DNA from: the human T2T-CHM13v2.0 reference genome, Homo sapiens
NCBI RefSeq assembly: GCF_009914755.1
Contig: NC_060938.1
DNA: 64,000 bases
Strand: one strand, 5' to 3'
Below, piece after piece: positions 1 through 26,200 of this stretch. Positions within the stretch are counted from its first letter, which is position 1. Each line of letters begins with the position of its first letter. A program made the translations under genes and the position numbers. The notes under the pieces are model-generated. The model worked only from the letters and a program-made list of their open reading frames with translations, did not search any database and was not told the DNA's origin.

Positions 1-510
<510 letters not shown>

Positions 511-1030
511 AGAGAGATGGGGAAATGGAAGATATAGGGGTTACATCACCTGCTCAAAATTATGCTGCAAGTAAGTGGTGACACTGGGGTTTGAACTGAG
601 ACAGTCTAGCTTCAGGTGGCCGCATCCTTCCCACTGCATTCTCCTGCCTCTCTAGCTCCCTCAGTGGGCTGCTGGGTCCCAGGCCTTGGGCTGGCATGGA
701 TAATCCCTTCATGCTCCCCTTGTCACTAAACCCCCCCACCTCACCTGCCAACACACACACAACCACCTGGAGCCCCTGCCAGTGTTTCCTCTTCCTCCCA
801 CTTGGCATGTTGAAGACCAGAATCACTCCCCTTTCACTCCCCACTTCATCCCACCTGGGAAAACAGGACCCTGCCGGCCAACTCAGAGCCCCACAGGGTT
901 GCATTTTAGGTACCGTTTACATTTTCTTTAAGCCCTGTTCACATTCTCCATTCACATTGGGAAAAATATAAAGGGTTAGTATCCCCAGCATTGATGAGGT
1001 TCTAAGGCAGAGGGTACGCAGGTGGGACTA

Positions 1031-1635
<605 letters not shown>

Positions 1636-1847
1636 GAGAATGCACATACTCTCTCCATTCTTCCTCCATGCGTACGCCCATTTCTGCCTTGGTTGCCCAC
1701 CTCTGACCACAATCCAGAACTAACCACTCCACTTTTAGGAAAGTATCCTACAGAAATAGCTCAACAAGTACACTGGCTACAGCATTCCTGTAAATGGTCA
1801 GAGGCCATGGAACTCCAACAGCTGCCAAAAGGAAAAAAGTAGCTCTG

Positions 1848-2235
<388 letters not shown>

Positions 2236-2649
2236 TTAAAACAATAAAAACAAAACACACAACATAAGCATATAGAAAATTGCCTGAGCTTTCCTCAGCT
2301 GCTGCCAAGGTGTTCGGTCCTTCCGAGGAAGCTAAGGACACATTGAGGTGAGGCCCTCACTTCATCCAGTGACTAGCACTGCGTCCGGCAGCGCCAGTCC
2401 CACACTCGCCCGCGCCATGGCCTCCATCTCCGAGCTCGCCTGCATCTACTCAGCCCTCATTCTGCACGACAATGAGGTGACTGTCACAGAGTATAAGATC
2501 AAGGCCCTCATTAAAGCAGCTGGTGTAAATGTTGAACCTTTTCGGCCTGGCTTGTTTGCAAAGGCCCCGGCCAATGTCAACATTAGGAGCCTCATCTGCA
2601 ATGTAGGGGCTGGAGGACCTGCTCCAGCAGCTGGTGCTGCACCAGCAGG

Positions 2650-2783
2650 AGGTGATCCACCCGCATCAACCTCCCTAAGTGCTGGGATAATAGGCATGAG
2701 CCACCGTGGTCAGCCAAGAATGCGCATACTCTCTCCATTCTTCCTCCATGCGTACGCCCATTTCTGCCTTGGTTGCCCACCTC
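2650..2783 (+). repeat. 134-bp direct copy of 1570-1703 inserted in the RPLP1 retrocopy
   Basis: Ungapped alignment at offset 1080 with 3 mismatches. Confidence 0.97.
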
Positions 2784-2918
2784 CACTGCTGCTGCTCCAG
2801 CTGAGGAGAAGAAAATGGAAGCAAAGAAAGAAGAATTTGAGGACTCTGATGATGACATGGGCTTTGGTCTTTCTGACTAAACCTCTTTTATAATATATTC
2901 GATCAAAAGCTGAACTTA

Positions 2919-2992
2919 GTGGTAAAACCATGTCTCTACTAAAAATAAAAAAATTAGCCGGGCATGGTGGCGCATGCCTGTAATCCCAGCTA

Positions 2993-3022
<30 letters not shown>
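2919..3022 (+). mobile_element. Polyadenylated internal Alu fragment (linker region only) with its own TSD
   Basis: 76 nt of Alu middle, A-run 2995-3026, TSD AAAAGCTGAACTTA at 2905-2918 and 3023-3036. Confidence 0.9.
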
Positions 3023-3029
<7 letters not shown>

Positions 3030-3124
3030 GAACTTAAAAAGAAAAGGGAAAGAAAGAAAATTGCCTGAAAGGATAAACACCAAAATGGTGAGAAAGGGAA
3101 GTAGAATTAGGGAGGACCTGGTGA

Positions 3125-4685
<1,561 letters not shown>

Positions 4686-4817
4686 TAATTAACAAATAAA
4701 CTTTTCACAGTCCAAGCAGCCAAAGGCCCACTGTCCCTGTTCCCTCAGCTCACGCCCCCTTCCGTGCACAGCCTTATCTAATCCTTCTACCCTTCGTTGT
4801 GTTTGGACTTCAGACTC

Positions 4818-5103
4818 TTTTTTTTTAAGACAAAGTCCCGCTCTGTTGCCCAGGCTGGAGTGCAGTGGCGCGATCTCAGCTCAACCTCTGCCCCCAGGTT
4901 CAAGCAATTCTCATGTCTCAGCCTCCCGAGTAGCTGGGATTACAGACACCCGTCACCACGGCTGGCTAATTTTTGTATTTTTAATGGAGACGGGGTTTCA
5001 CCATGTTGGCCAGGCTGGTCTCAAACTCCTGACCTCAGGTGATCCGCCCCCATCAGCCTCCCAGGGTTTTGGGATTACAGGCGTGAGCCACTGCGTTCGG
5101 TCT
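4818..5103 (-). mobile_element. Alu (S-like)
   Basis: Alu consensus; TSD GGACTTCAGA(C/T)TCTT. Confidence 0.9.
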
Positions 5104-5595
5104 GGACTTCAGATTCTTGAGCTGGCTGCAAGACTCCAGGTCCCCTGTGAACCACACTCAATAATCCCTCCCTAATCGCTGGTCCCCAGCAGCTCAGATT
5201 GGCTGCTGTTTGTCCAGTGAGGAGGTGGGCAAGGGTGCCCTTGGTTTATGCCCATGATAAAAAGAAAAGCAGCTATGGTGCAGTAGATGCTCAGAACTCC
5301 AGCGCGCATCAGCCTCTAGAGAGGGGCCTGGCCTCTGCTTGAACAGTGTATTTCTTTCTCTCCTTCCTGGACATACTGCAATCAAAGCATTTTCTAAGAG
5401 TCGGGTGGGACTCCACAGATGGTCTTGTCCAATAGCCTCACTTTGCAGGTGAGAACAATGCATCCAGGCCAAGCGTTTTTTCATTTTACTGCCCGCTACT
5501 CTCCAAGTGCAGTCTCTTAACAGTTTCTGAGTCTGAATGCAACTCTTGTTAACTGCTCAGTAAAGGAATTCTGTCAGGAAAGCTGCAGTTTACAT

Positions 5596-6093
<498 letters not shown>

Positions 6094-6102
6094 GTCAATA
6101 TG

Positions 6103-6104
<2 letters not shown>

Positions 6105-6146
<42 letters not shown>
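6105..6146. repeat. (GT)n microsatellite
   Basis: About 21 perfect GT units. Confidence 0.95.
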
Positions 6147-6148
<2 letters not shown>

Positions 6149-6301
6149 ATTTCTAGGTATGGGTGATATTTGCATGCAGCACGTATCTGTGCACATAGAC
6201 ACATACACACACGGAAATCTGGACTTCCCAATACACAGAGTAATACATGCTGAGGTCACCAGCAAAGCAGGACAATAAAGAAAGTGAGAAAAAATTTTGA
6301 G

Positions 6302-7595
<1,294 letters not shown>

Positions 7596-7940
7596 TAGGA
7601 AGGGCTCTTTGCCTAGAATCTTGCTGCAGGTTTTCTGGCTGCAGCTTCCGAAGGAGGGATGGGGCAACGCGTCGCCTGGTTCCCACAGGTGAAAGGCTTC
7701 AGCAGCTGGAGCCCTAGCACTGGACTGCAGTCAGAGGGGTTCAAGAGAGCTGCCGAGATCCCAGTCCTTCAGGAGCTCTAGGCCAGCTGTAGGTGGCCTC
7801 AGGTACCTGGGGCTCTGGCTTTGGGGTGAGGTGTGCACATCCACGGCATGTACTATGGGCCTGCCTGAAGCAGAATGAGAGTGGATCAACTTCAAAGTCA
7901 TTTCCGAATCCAAATTTAATGAATCAAGTATACAAAATGA

Positions 7941-8240
<300 letters not shown>

Positions 8241-9215
8241 TCAAAAGGAAATACTCGTGGAAGCCCTATGAGGAATTGATTGGTTGGTTTTGATCTGGGC
8301 AATCAGGGAAGGCTTCCTGGAGGAGATGAAATTTGAACAGTGCCCTGAAAGATAAGGAAGACTAAAGAGGGAAAGGAGAGAAATAAGCCGGGGCTGCTCT
8401 ATGTCTATTCTCTTCCACCTTCTCCTCCTTGAACTCAGGCTCTGCCCCAGATCCCTCTGCAGCCTTCAGGGAACAAAGGGCTGTAGGAGTGGCCTGAGGA
8501 GCAAGCAGAGGGTCCCTGCCTCTCACTGCCCCACCTGAGTGAAATCAGCCCCACAGCTGGTCCACCTCTGAACCTGTTGGGCCCACCCCTCTGTATGTCA
8601 CAGCTCCAGGTCATCCAGGGGGAAATGCCCACGGGCCTTTTCCTCAGGGGTCAAGCTCTCAATCTGTAATTGTCTCAGAAAGACCCGGAGAGCTTTAAAA
8701 TATCCAGAGTCCACGTCCCGCCCCTGCACCTCCAGAGGGAGACCATCCTGGGGCAGGGCCTTGCTCAGTGAAAGCTCCAACAGGGACGCTGATGGGCTTG
8801 ATGGGCCAAGACTGAGAACCACCAGCCAGGGCTAAAATCAGGGGAGAGAGAGAGGGAGGCAAGAAGGAATGGGGAGGGACGGCTTCCCCAGGGGTAAATG
8901 CCCAGAGGCTCGGGGACAAGTGGAAAGTGAGGCCTCGGGGAGCTCCATAGAGAGCAAATGTTCAGAACAGCTGCTCGATTCTGCTCTATTCCCCGGTGTG
9001 GAAGACTGGGACCAGGGACAACTGTTCACCACCAAGCAAGGCAGGAAGCCACAAAAGGCCCCCAGAGAGGGCCTCCACTCCCCTCAAGTTGATGCCTCCA
9101 TGAGGGCAAACACTACGTCATCTGCTCACTGTTCTCCCTGGAGCCTGGCACATAGTAGGTGCTCGATAAATACCCGTTGAATGAAAGGACTGAATGAGCT
9201 TTTCCTCTCTTATAA

Positions 9216-9531
<316 letters not shown>

Positions 9532-10679
9532 GCCTGGACACTCTTATGGTTTTCTCAGTCTGTGGGTTTCTTATACAAAACAGTGGTGCTGAGAACTTTG
9601 AGTAGGGAGGAAGCCAAATGTTTAGTTTGGGTTCCCTCTCTCATCTTCCCTCCAACTCTACTTCCTAAGGATTTTGGAATCTGGATATATGGGCTGGGGG
9701 AGCAAGGGTTGTTGTAGCCAGCTGCCCACAGCCGTCCTTCCAAATCAGAAAGCTGGAGAGGGAGGGAGTGGGGTGGGGAGAGAAGCAAGCAGAGAAGGGA
9801 GGAGTGTGCAGGAGCACACAGTGGCTGAAAGGTACATGATCTGCCCAGAGAGCAAGCGGTAGGCTGGGGAAGCCACCTGCACGGTTACCGCATTCCCAGG
9901 AATCTTCTCTCCAGAGCCTTGGTGGAGAGGCCCAAGGCACTGCCCTTCTGTGTACTACACCCAGGCAGGACCCTAGATACATCCACTCAGGCCTGGAAAT
10001 GCTTCCCCCAGAGAAGGCAGGAGGATAGGGCCGTGCTGGTGTCAGCCTCAGGGGCCTGACATTCCCACCTGATCTCCAGTCTCCAGCCCAGCCCTGCCCC
10101 TCCCACCTCCCACACACACCAGCAACCACTCAGGCCAAACACTCGTGGTGCCCCAGGGGATGGGGACAACTCCAGATGAGAGAGCGGCCCTTCCAGCTGC
10201 ACACCTCAAGGAAAGCTAGTGTGGAGAAGGACTTGAGCTGATAGCCTCTTGGCCCCAGGCCCTCTCCCAGGGAGGGGCAGGGTGCCAGTCGGGAGGGCTG
10301 GCTGGATGAGGATTGCACGCTGCCCTGAAACGTGGCCAGGGCCATCATGACATGGTCACAGACTGTTGGAGTTGGAAAGGCCTCTCATTTCACTGGCAGA
10401 GAAACTGAGGCCCCAGGAGACTTGGCCAAGGCCTCACAGGTGGTGAATACAAAATTGGGACTCACACCCTGCTGCCTAACTGGAAAGGAGAAGATCTCCT
10501 GGGCCAGCCCACCTTACAGCCTTTCACTGGGAGCCCTGGGGAGAGCCAGTTTCCTGGCCTGGCACATCTGTTGCTAGAGCAGTTTTCTGGAAAACCACAT
10601 GAATCTATCGCAGGCCTTCCTGTGCCCCCACCTAGTCTGATCACTTAGGGCTGGCTCTTAGCTCTTCCAGGCCTCCTTC

Positions 10680-11317
<638 letters not shown>

Positions 11318-12160
11318 CTAATGAGAATTCTAGGAGGGTCCACAGATGGCCTGGGTAGTAGTAGCTCAAGATTGTGTGGAGGAAGATTTTCCTAGGATGG
11401 GGGCCCCAACTCTTATAAATTCCTGGAAGAGGTCCCTGACCCCAGATAGGAGTGTCACAAGGAGCCTGGATCCTAGAGTGATGTTTGGAGAGGAGGGAAC
11501 CTGGAGTGGGGTGTCCTTTTGGATCAGACATGGCTGGAAGTCTGAGTTCTAATCTCCCTTAGCCAGTGCCAACACCCCAGTCCTGCCTGAAGGCTGAGCC
11601 CAAATCTGGACAGTGTATCCAGACAGTGTATCCAGTTCAACCACCCTACCCTATCTCCACCAGCCCATGCCTCCTCCTCCTCTTCCTCTTTCTTTCTCCT
11701 AGAACCTCCCCCGTCCTTCACTGCCCATCCCCTCCCCACCCTCATCAGCTTCCTCCATCAGCAGCCATGTAAGGGGTAGGCCGTGCACAGGCCCGCCACT
11801 GCTCTCCTGGAGGGGAATTTCAGAGGCAAACCCGTGACTGCGTCGTCATCACGCTGAGCTTAGGTCTGGGGTGGCCCGGGGAGAGGAGCTTGTGTAAGTT
11901 GTGTGGGTGGAGGTGGGAGGGAGGCAGGGCTCTGATGTCAGAGGCTCCGACTCAACAAGCAGGTCAGCCCTTTCCTGCTAGGAGCCAGCCTCAGCCCCTC
12001 AGCTCACCCTCACCCCTCTAGCAGCCACACCTCCTGTGGATGTGTAGACAGGACACATGGAAGGAAAGCAAACTGTCACTCTCCACTGAGTAGCACTGGA
12101 CAGTGCTACTGGTGTCTCCACCCCAATAAGAGATAGATGGCCAGGTGATAATGATGCCCG

Positions 12161-12320
12161 GTCTTAGTTCATTTGGGCTGCTATAATAAAATACCATAAA
12201 ATGGTATTTTATAAAATGGCTGGCTTATAAACAACAGAAATAGATTTCTCATGGTTCTGGGAAGTCCACAGTCAACGTGTCGGCAGATTCAGTGTCTGGT
12301 AATGATCAGCTTCCTCTGAA
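12161..12320 (-). mobile_element. MaLR LTR fragment (MLT1A/B-like)
   Basis: GTCTTAGTTCATTTGGGCTGCTATAA...GGCTTATAAACAACAGAAAT...GGCAGATTCAGTGTCTGGT. Confidence 0.75.
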
Positions 12321-12327
12321 GCCATCT

Positions 12328-13420
<1,093 letters not shown>

Positions 13421-13639
13421 AAGAAGTTCACATTCCAGATCGTGACCTTGGGCAAGTTGCTCTTTGTGTCTCAGCACCCTCATCTGTAAAATAGGGAAAT
13501 AACCCCAACCTCACAGGGCTGTCGTGAAGATTAAGTGAGTACTTGGCACCTAGTCAGTGTATATAAGTGTTGAGTGGTTATTATAATTTGTGGTATTTCT
13601 AGGACAGAAATCTGCTTAGAAGAGGAGATGGTCTTCCTT

Positions 13640-13910
<271 letters not shown>

Positions 13911-14260
13911 CAGGTTAGGCATTCTTAGTGACAGGATGAGACAGGAGGTCAGAACAAGAAACAGTTCACAAAGACCCTCCTGATAAAACACGATGTGGCA
14001 AAGAAGCTGGCTAAAACTCACCAAAACCAAGATGGTGACCAAAGTGACCTCTGGCCATCCTCACTGCTCATTATACACTAATTATAATGTATTAGTATGC
14101 TAAAAGACACTTCCACCAGCCCCGTAACAGTTTACAAATGCCATGGCAGCGTCAGGTCAGGAAGTTACCCTATATGGTCTAAACAGGGGAGGGACCCTTA
14201 GTCCCAGGAAATCCCCACTCATGAATTATTCACCCCTTATTTAGCATATAATCAAGAAAT
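13911..14260 (+). mobile_element. MER41 (MER41B-like) ERV1 LTR, internal fragment truncated at both ends
   Basis: GGTTAGGCATTCT...CCAAAACCAAGATGG...CAGTTTACAAATGCCATGGCA...GGAAGTTACCCTATATGGTCTAAA...TTAGCATATAATCAAGAAAT match the recalled MER41 consensus. Confidence 0.85.
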
Positions 14261-14553
14261 CGAGATGATCTTCTTAATGCCTCTCAAATTATTTCCAAAA
14301 GTGCCTGTCTGTGTGGAAGTTCCCTTCACAGGCCAGGGCTAGTCGGGCAGCACAAGGGGCCAAGGCCCATGCCTGGGGTCAGGCAGGCCCAGCCAGGTTG
14401 CTTGCCCTTTACCCATGCCTCTGCCTGGCCCTCCCATAGAGGGGCAGGGCAACCCAGGCCAACCTAGTGGCAGTATGAGCTGAGTGACTGTGGCCACCTG
14501 TGGAAACTGGTTTTGCAGCACCAGCCCCTCTCTTCTGTGTCCTTTCTTGCATC

Positions 14554-14912
<359 letters not shown>

Positions 14913-14969
14913 TAAGAATTCAATTCTTCACGAAAATCATTTCCTCCACTGACACACTTTGTACAGACA

Positions 14970-15350
14970 TAGGAATCTGACACACCTGGGTTTGCATCTG
15001 GAGTCTACCATTTACTGGCGAAGTAATATTGAACAAACTTTGGCTCTAGGAGCCTCAGTTTCTCCACCCGTAAAGTAGAAAACGTCATCTGTGCTTGCAG
15101 GCTTGTTGAGAAGATTAAATTAATCCAGCCATTTATTCCACAAATCCTTATTGAGTGCCTAACTGCACCTCACATTGAGGATACAGATATGATAACATGA
15201 TAGACACAGAGGTGAGTCCACTTGCAAGGCACTCAGAGAGATATGGACCAACAGTGACCCCCAAATCCATGTTACTGATTGTGTTGAGGGACACAGAGGA
15301 AAAGTACTCAGGAGTAGTGGTGTGAGCTCAGTTTTGAAGGATAACTGGGT
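14970..15350. mobile_element. MIR followed by an L2 3' fragment
   Basis: CCTGGGTTTG...GAGCCTCAGTTTCTCC...GTAAA MIR core; CATTTATTCCACAAAT...TATTGAGTGCCTA L2 tail. Confidence 0.6.
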
Positions 15351-15889
15351 GCAATCTATTTCATCGAATCTAAGACTCTATTGATCATCCACACTATTAT
15401 TTTAGATAACACTGAGACAAAAATTCAGCCAATTAACCTTAGAAATGTTATTTTGTGCTTACTGAAAGAGCTCTTTTGACCTTCTGCAGCCCCAGAGGAG
15501 TTTTCTCTCTCCCACCTAATTTAAAACAAAGAAGGATGTGTAGTGGCAGAGATCAGAATAGGGTAGAATCCAAGAGAAATCTACCTTGCCCTGCAGCAAG
15601 CTTTGCTGGGTATAAAATTCCTGAGTTTGTGGTTGGTAGGCTCCTGGGCTCTGACTCAGTGGAAAGAAGAGGTAGGACAAAGGGGTTATGTGGACCGGCC
15701 TGGGGAGAAGTGTGGGGAAGGGGTCCTGGCTGAGCAGTCACTACTGGGCTCAGTTTTTGGGGTGGCCAGAAGGAGAAGAGGCAAATGCCAAGCTGGGGGA
15801 TTGTAAGACATCATCTCTAAAATGCATCCTGTGGTCAGAAATGTAAAGGGTGCATCTTCCCCAGGAGCAGGGAGCACCCTAGCTCCCAA

Positions 15890-17945
<2,056 letters not shown>

Positions 17946-18531
17946 GTTTTTTTCTATGGCACATCTTGTAACTGATGAGATGCAGTAAATGAACTGGGGA
18001 AAGAGTACGTGAGCATTTCAGGTAGAGGCACCTGCCTTGACTGTGCAGAAGGCTGAGGCTGAAAGAAGCAATTCATTTGAAAAACAACAACACAAACAAA
18101 GCAGTCTGAGTGACTGGGAGCAGAGCAGCTTGGAACAGAGAAGTGCAAAGTGAGCAGAGAGGTGGGCTGGGGCCAGGACAGAGGCTCTGTAAGCCACAGC
18201 TGAGGGTTTGGGTCCCTCAGGGAGAAGCCATCAGAGTGCTTTAAGCAGTGGGTGGAGGGAATGTGGCCTTATTTGCGTTATCGCTCTGGCCCCTGGCTGA
18301 CTCTCAATCAACAGTGGCCACTAATACTGCCTTTTCTGGTCTACTCTCTGCTGTGCTTTCCCCAGGGTCCCTTTGCTCAACTGGTGTTAACAGGGGGCGG
18401 GGGTGGGGTGGGGGCCATGGCCACAGGCCACCAGGTGAGTCCAGAGCTTCCAGCACAGCCTCATTTTCTGTCCTCCCCACCCGCACCCCCTCAGACGTAT
18501 TCGTAAGCCACAAAATAAGTGTGAGGAAGTC

Positions 18532-18678
18532 CAAGTTTGACATCCACCCAGGACTCTGCCCTCCCTGCTTAACTCAGCCCTGATCAGCCCTAAGCTGGTA
18601 TGCCCTGGACTATTAAGCAAGCCCACTAACGTTTTGGAGAGGGGACTTGACTCTGCAGCCCTCCCCTCTGCACACCAG
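18532..18678 (+). repeat. 147-bp dispersed direct repeat, copy 1
   Basis: Ungapped match to 20497-20643, 13 mismatches. Confidence 0.93.
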
Positions 18679-20496
18679 AGACCCACAGACCCACCCCCTC
18701 CTCCATCAGCTTCCTCCTACCCCTCTTGGTTTCTAGTCAAACCTCTCACTCTGGGAGTCCCAGAGCCCAGTGGGGCCTTGAGAGGGTTGAGTTCAAGGTG
18801 GAATGAATGGGCTGTTTGAGAGAGCTCTCCCAGGGCAATCTCCAGGCCTGGTACAGCTTGAGAGGCTACCGGCTTCCTTTTTCCCAGATGAATCCCTGTT
18901 CTGTATGCCTGTAACTATGTGCCCACCCCTAACATGCCCTGGGGCCCCGCATAACAGAAGTGGACTGGATATGTACACACAGCATGCTGGCCAGCTCCTC
19001 CTATGCAGAGAGCATGAACCCAGCCCAAAGTCACGAGCATTAACCGCATGCCACGTATTCCACTGGACATTATGATGCATTCTTTATCCAGCCTACTGTT
19101 AGAACAGCTCTGTGAGTGGACACAGTATTAGGTCCATATTGCAACTGAGGCTTGAAAGTTTTCTTGGAGTATCCAAGTTCGCATAGCTGATGCAGAGATT
19201 CAACTCAGGCCCTTTGACCGCCAAAGCCTGCATTTCTGCCCACAATACCACCCTGCCTCTGTCTGGCACAAGTTGCCCCTGTGCCATTGTCTCTCAGCCT
19301 GGGCATCAGTGCTGTGGGCATCCAGGCCATGTGGACAGGTGTACTGAGGGCCCTGTGCACCAGGAAGGGGTTAATTGGGATGCCCTCAGCAAGCTCTAGT
19401 TTGGCAACTGTTGCTATGGCAACAGCATGGTTTGGGGAAGAGGGAGGCCAGCACAGTAGGATCTTCTGAATCACTGGATGTACAGCCTATATGTTTATTC
19501 TGCAGCGAAACCCTCCCTGCATCTTCTGGGACTATATGTGGCCACTAGGGATGGCTGCGGCAGGCAGGGGTGAGGGCAGGGGTTCCCTGAGCAGGCAGAA
19601 GCTGGGAGGCCTTGTCACTGCTAAGGCCTCTCACCCAGGGGCTCTCACCAGCACAGCCCAGGGAGACTTTTCCACCAGGAAGGCCCAGGGATTCTGCTTT
19701 CAGCTGCAGCTCCCCAGACTAGGTGAAAACCAGGAAAGGGCAAAGATTTGGGGCCAAACGGAATCAAGCAATCATTCACTATTCACTGACTTACTCATTC
19801 ACCAGATATGTATTGCTTGCTGACAATGCACTGATGGCTGTGCTGGGGGCTGTGGCCTGGGGTTATAGCTGGGAGCCAGACAGACTCTGCATCCGTGGAG
19901 ATTCCCTTCCAGGGGGCCAGAAGTCCCCACCATATGCCCCACCTTGGGCAAGTCCCTCTCCTTTGCTGAGTTCATCTGTAAAATGGGGCCCACACTCCCC
20001 ACTTTGCAGGGATGCAGCCTGGATGAGGTAACAGATTTGCGAACGCCCAACACATAGTGGACCAAATATGCAGACAAGACAAAAATGCCTGTAGGCCTCT
20101 CACCTCTCCCTCCAGCAACAGAAGGTGCCAGACAATGATAAAACTCATGAGTGAGGAGCCCCAGGCTCTGGACCCTGGAGGCTTACTGTGAGCAAAATCT
20201 CCAGACCGAGCCAGACAGACAGATCCAGCTCTTCCATCACTGGGCATGGGCCCTGGCTTCAGTTTGCCTATTTGTAATGCGGGTGATCCTCCTGTCCTTA
20301 TAGACAGTAATGTACCTGAGCTGATGGGCAGCATCCAAGTGGGTTCTTGACCATTCTGTTCCACCATCTGAGCCACCCACAGGTCAGAAGAGCCCAAGGC
20401 CACCAGATAATAAGACCCCAGTACTGGCCTTCCCGTCCAAGCCAACTTGTTTTTTGCCTACAACATGGACCGCAGTAGCTGTCTGTTGATTTGATT

Positions 20497-20643
20497 CAAG
20501 TTTGATAGCCACCCAGGACTCTGCCCTCCCTGCTCAGCTCAGCCCTGATCAGCCCTAAGCTGGTATACCCTGGACTATTCAGCAAGCCCACTAACCTTGG
20601 TGAGAGGGGACTTGACTCTGCGACCCTCCCCTCTGCACGCCAG
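20497..20643 (+). repeat. 147-bp dispersed direct repeat, copy 2
   Basis: Ungapped match to 18532-18678, 13 mismatches. Confidence 0.93.
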
Positions 20644-20844
20644 GCCAGTTTCCATGAAAGGACCCCCTGGGGTCCTCAAGCTCAGCCCTAGAACCACCCT
20701 CCTCACGTCCAGCACCAGGGCAGGCCTGGTGGAGGCAGGAAGGCCAGCTGGGGGTGAGGGCTGATCACAGATAAGAGCAACATGCAAACAAAACCCACAG
20801 GAAGGAAGCCAGCGAAGGAGAAAATCATTTAAGAATTTCATATT

Positions 20845-21455
<611 letters not shown>

Positions 21456-22175
21456 AAGAATTTCATATTTGATATTTCAAAAAATAAACAACTTCAAAGC
21501 TGTCATCATGGGAAAATTCAAAATGTTGAAGGGCTTCCTCACACTTATTTTGTGGCTTAATATTGATTTCATTTTGTACTATTCATGGGGGTGGAGATGC
21601 CCTAATCTTTTCAGAGCTAACTGCCTTTAAAAGTCTTAATCAAGACCTGGGAAATGGAAGTGGGGCACACAGTTGGTGGGCCCCCCTCAAGTCTGTTCTG
21701 TGTGACAGCTTCATCCCTGGAGGGCGAGGAGGGAAGATGTTTTTCGTCTTGCCGCTGTCTGACACCAAAGGAGGCAAGATTAAGCTTGGTTGGAGGTGGT
21801 GCTAATGAGTTACTCAGGATTTTCTTCTTCTCTCACCAATCTTGAATTTCCATCTCCCCAGTTGGGTGTCAGGGTACATATTTATACCAGGACAGGGCTT
21901 ACAGTGGCTGTCATTTGTTTATGAAATTCTTTCCAGAAGGACAGTGGGCCACAGGAAGGTAGGGTAGAGAGCTGCAGGGAGGGCAGAGGAGCCACAGAGA
22001 TCCAGGAGCTTCCAGCCAGGCCAGCCCCTAAACTGGAAAATTGTTAACATAGGATTCAGCCAATCCAGAGGAGAAAAGGACAGGCAGACCTAGCAAACAC
22101 ATTCCCCTGAGGGGAAGTCACAACACCTGGGCAGCAGAAGAATGTCCGTGAGGAGAGAAGGAAAGGGAGTCCTGA

Positions 22176-23200
<1,025 letters not shown>

Positions 23201-23204
23201 TTTT

Positions 23205-26200
<2,996 letters not shown>

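Larger units (their letters stand above)
2288..3054 (+). pseudogene. Full-length processed pseudogene of ribosomal protein P1 (RPLP1; possibly RPLP1P1), disrupted by two insertions
   Basis: 5'TOP start CTTTCCTCAG at 2289; ATG 2417 gives [25 protein letters not shown]...GAAPAGG; EEKK...[10 protein letters not shown] remnant ends at 2880; no introns; decayed A-tail 3036-3054; 14-bp TSD AGAAAATTGCCTGA at 2274-2287 and 3055-3068. Confidence 0.95.
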
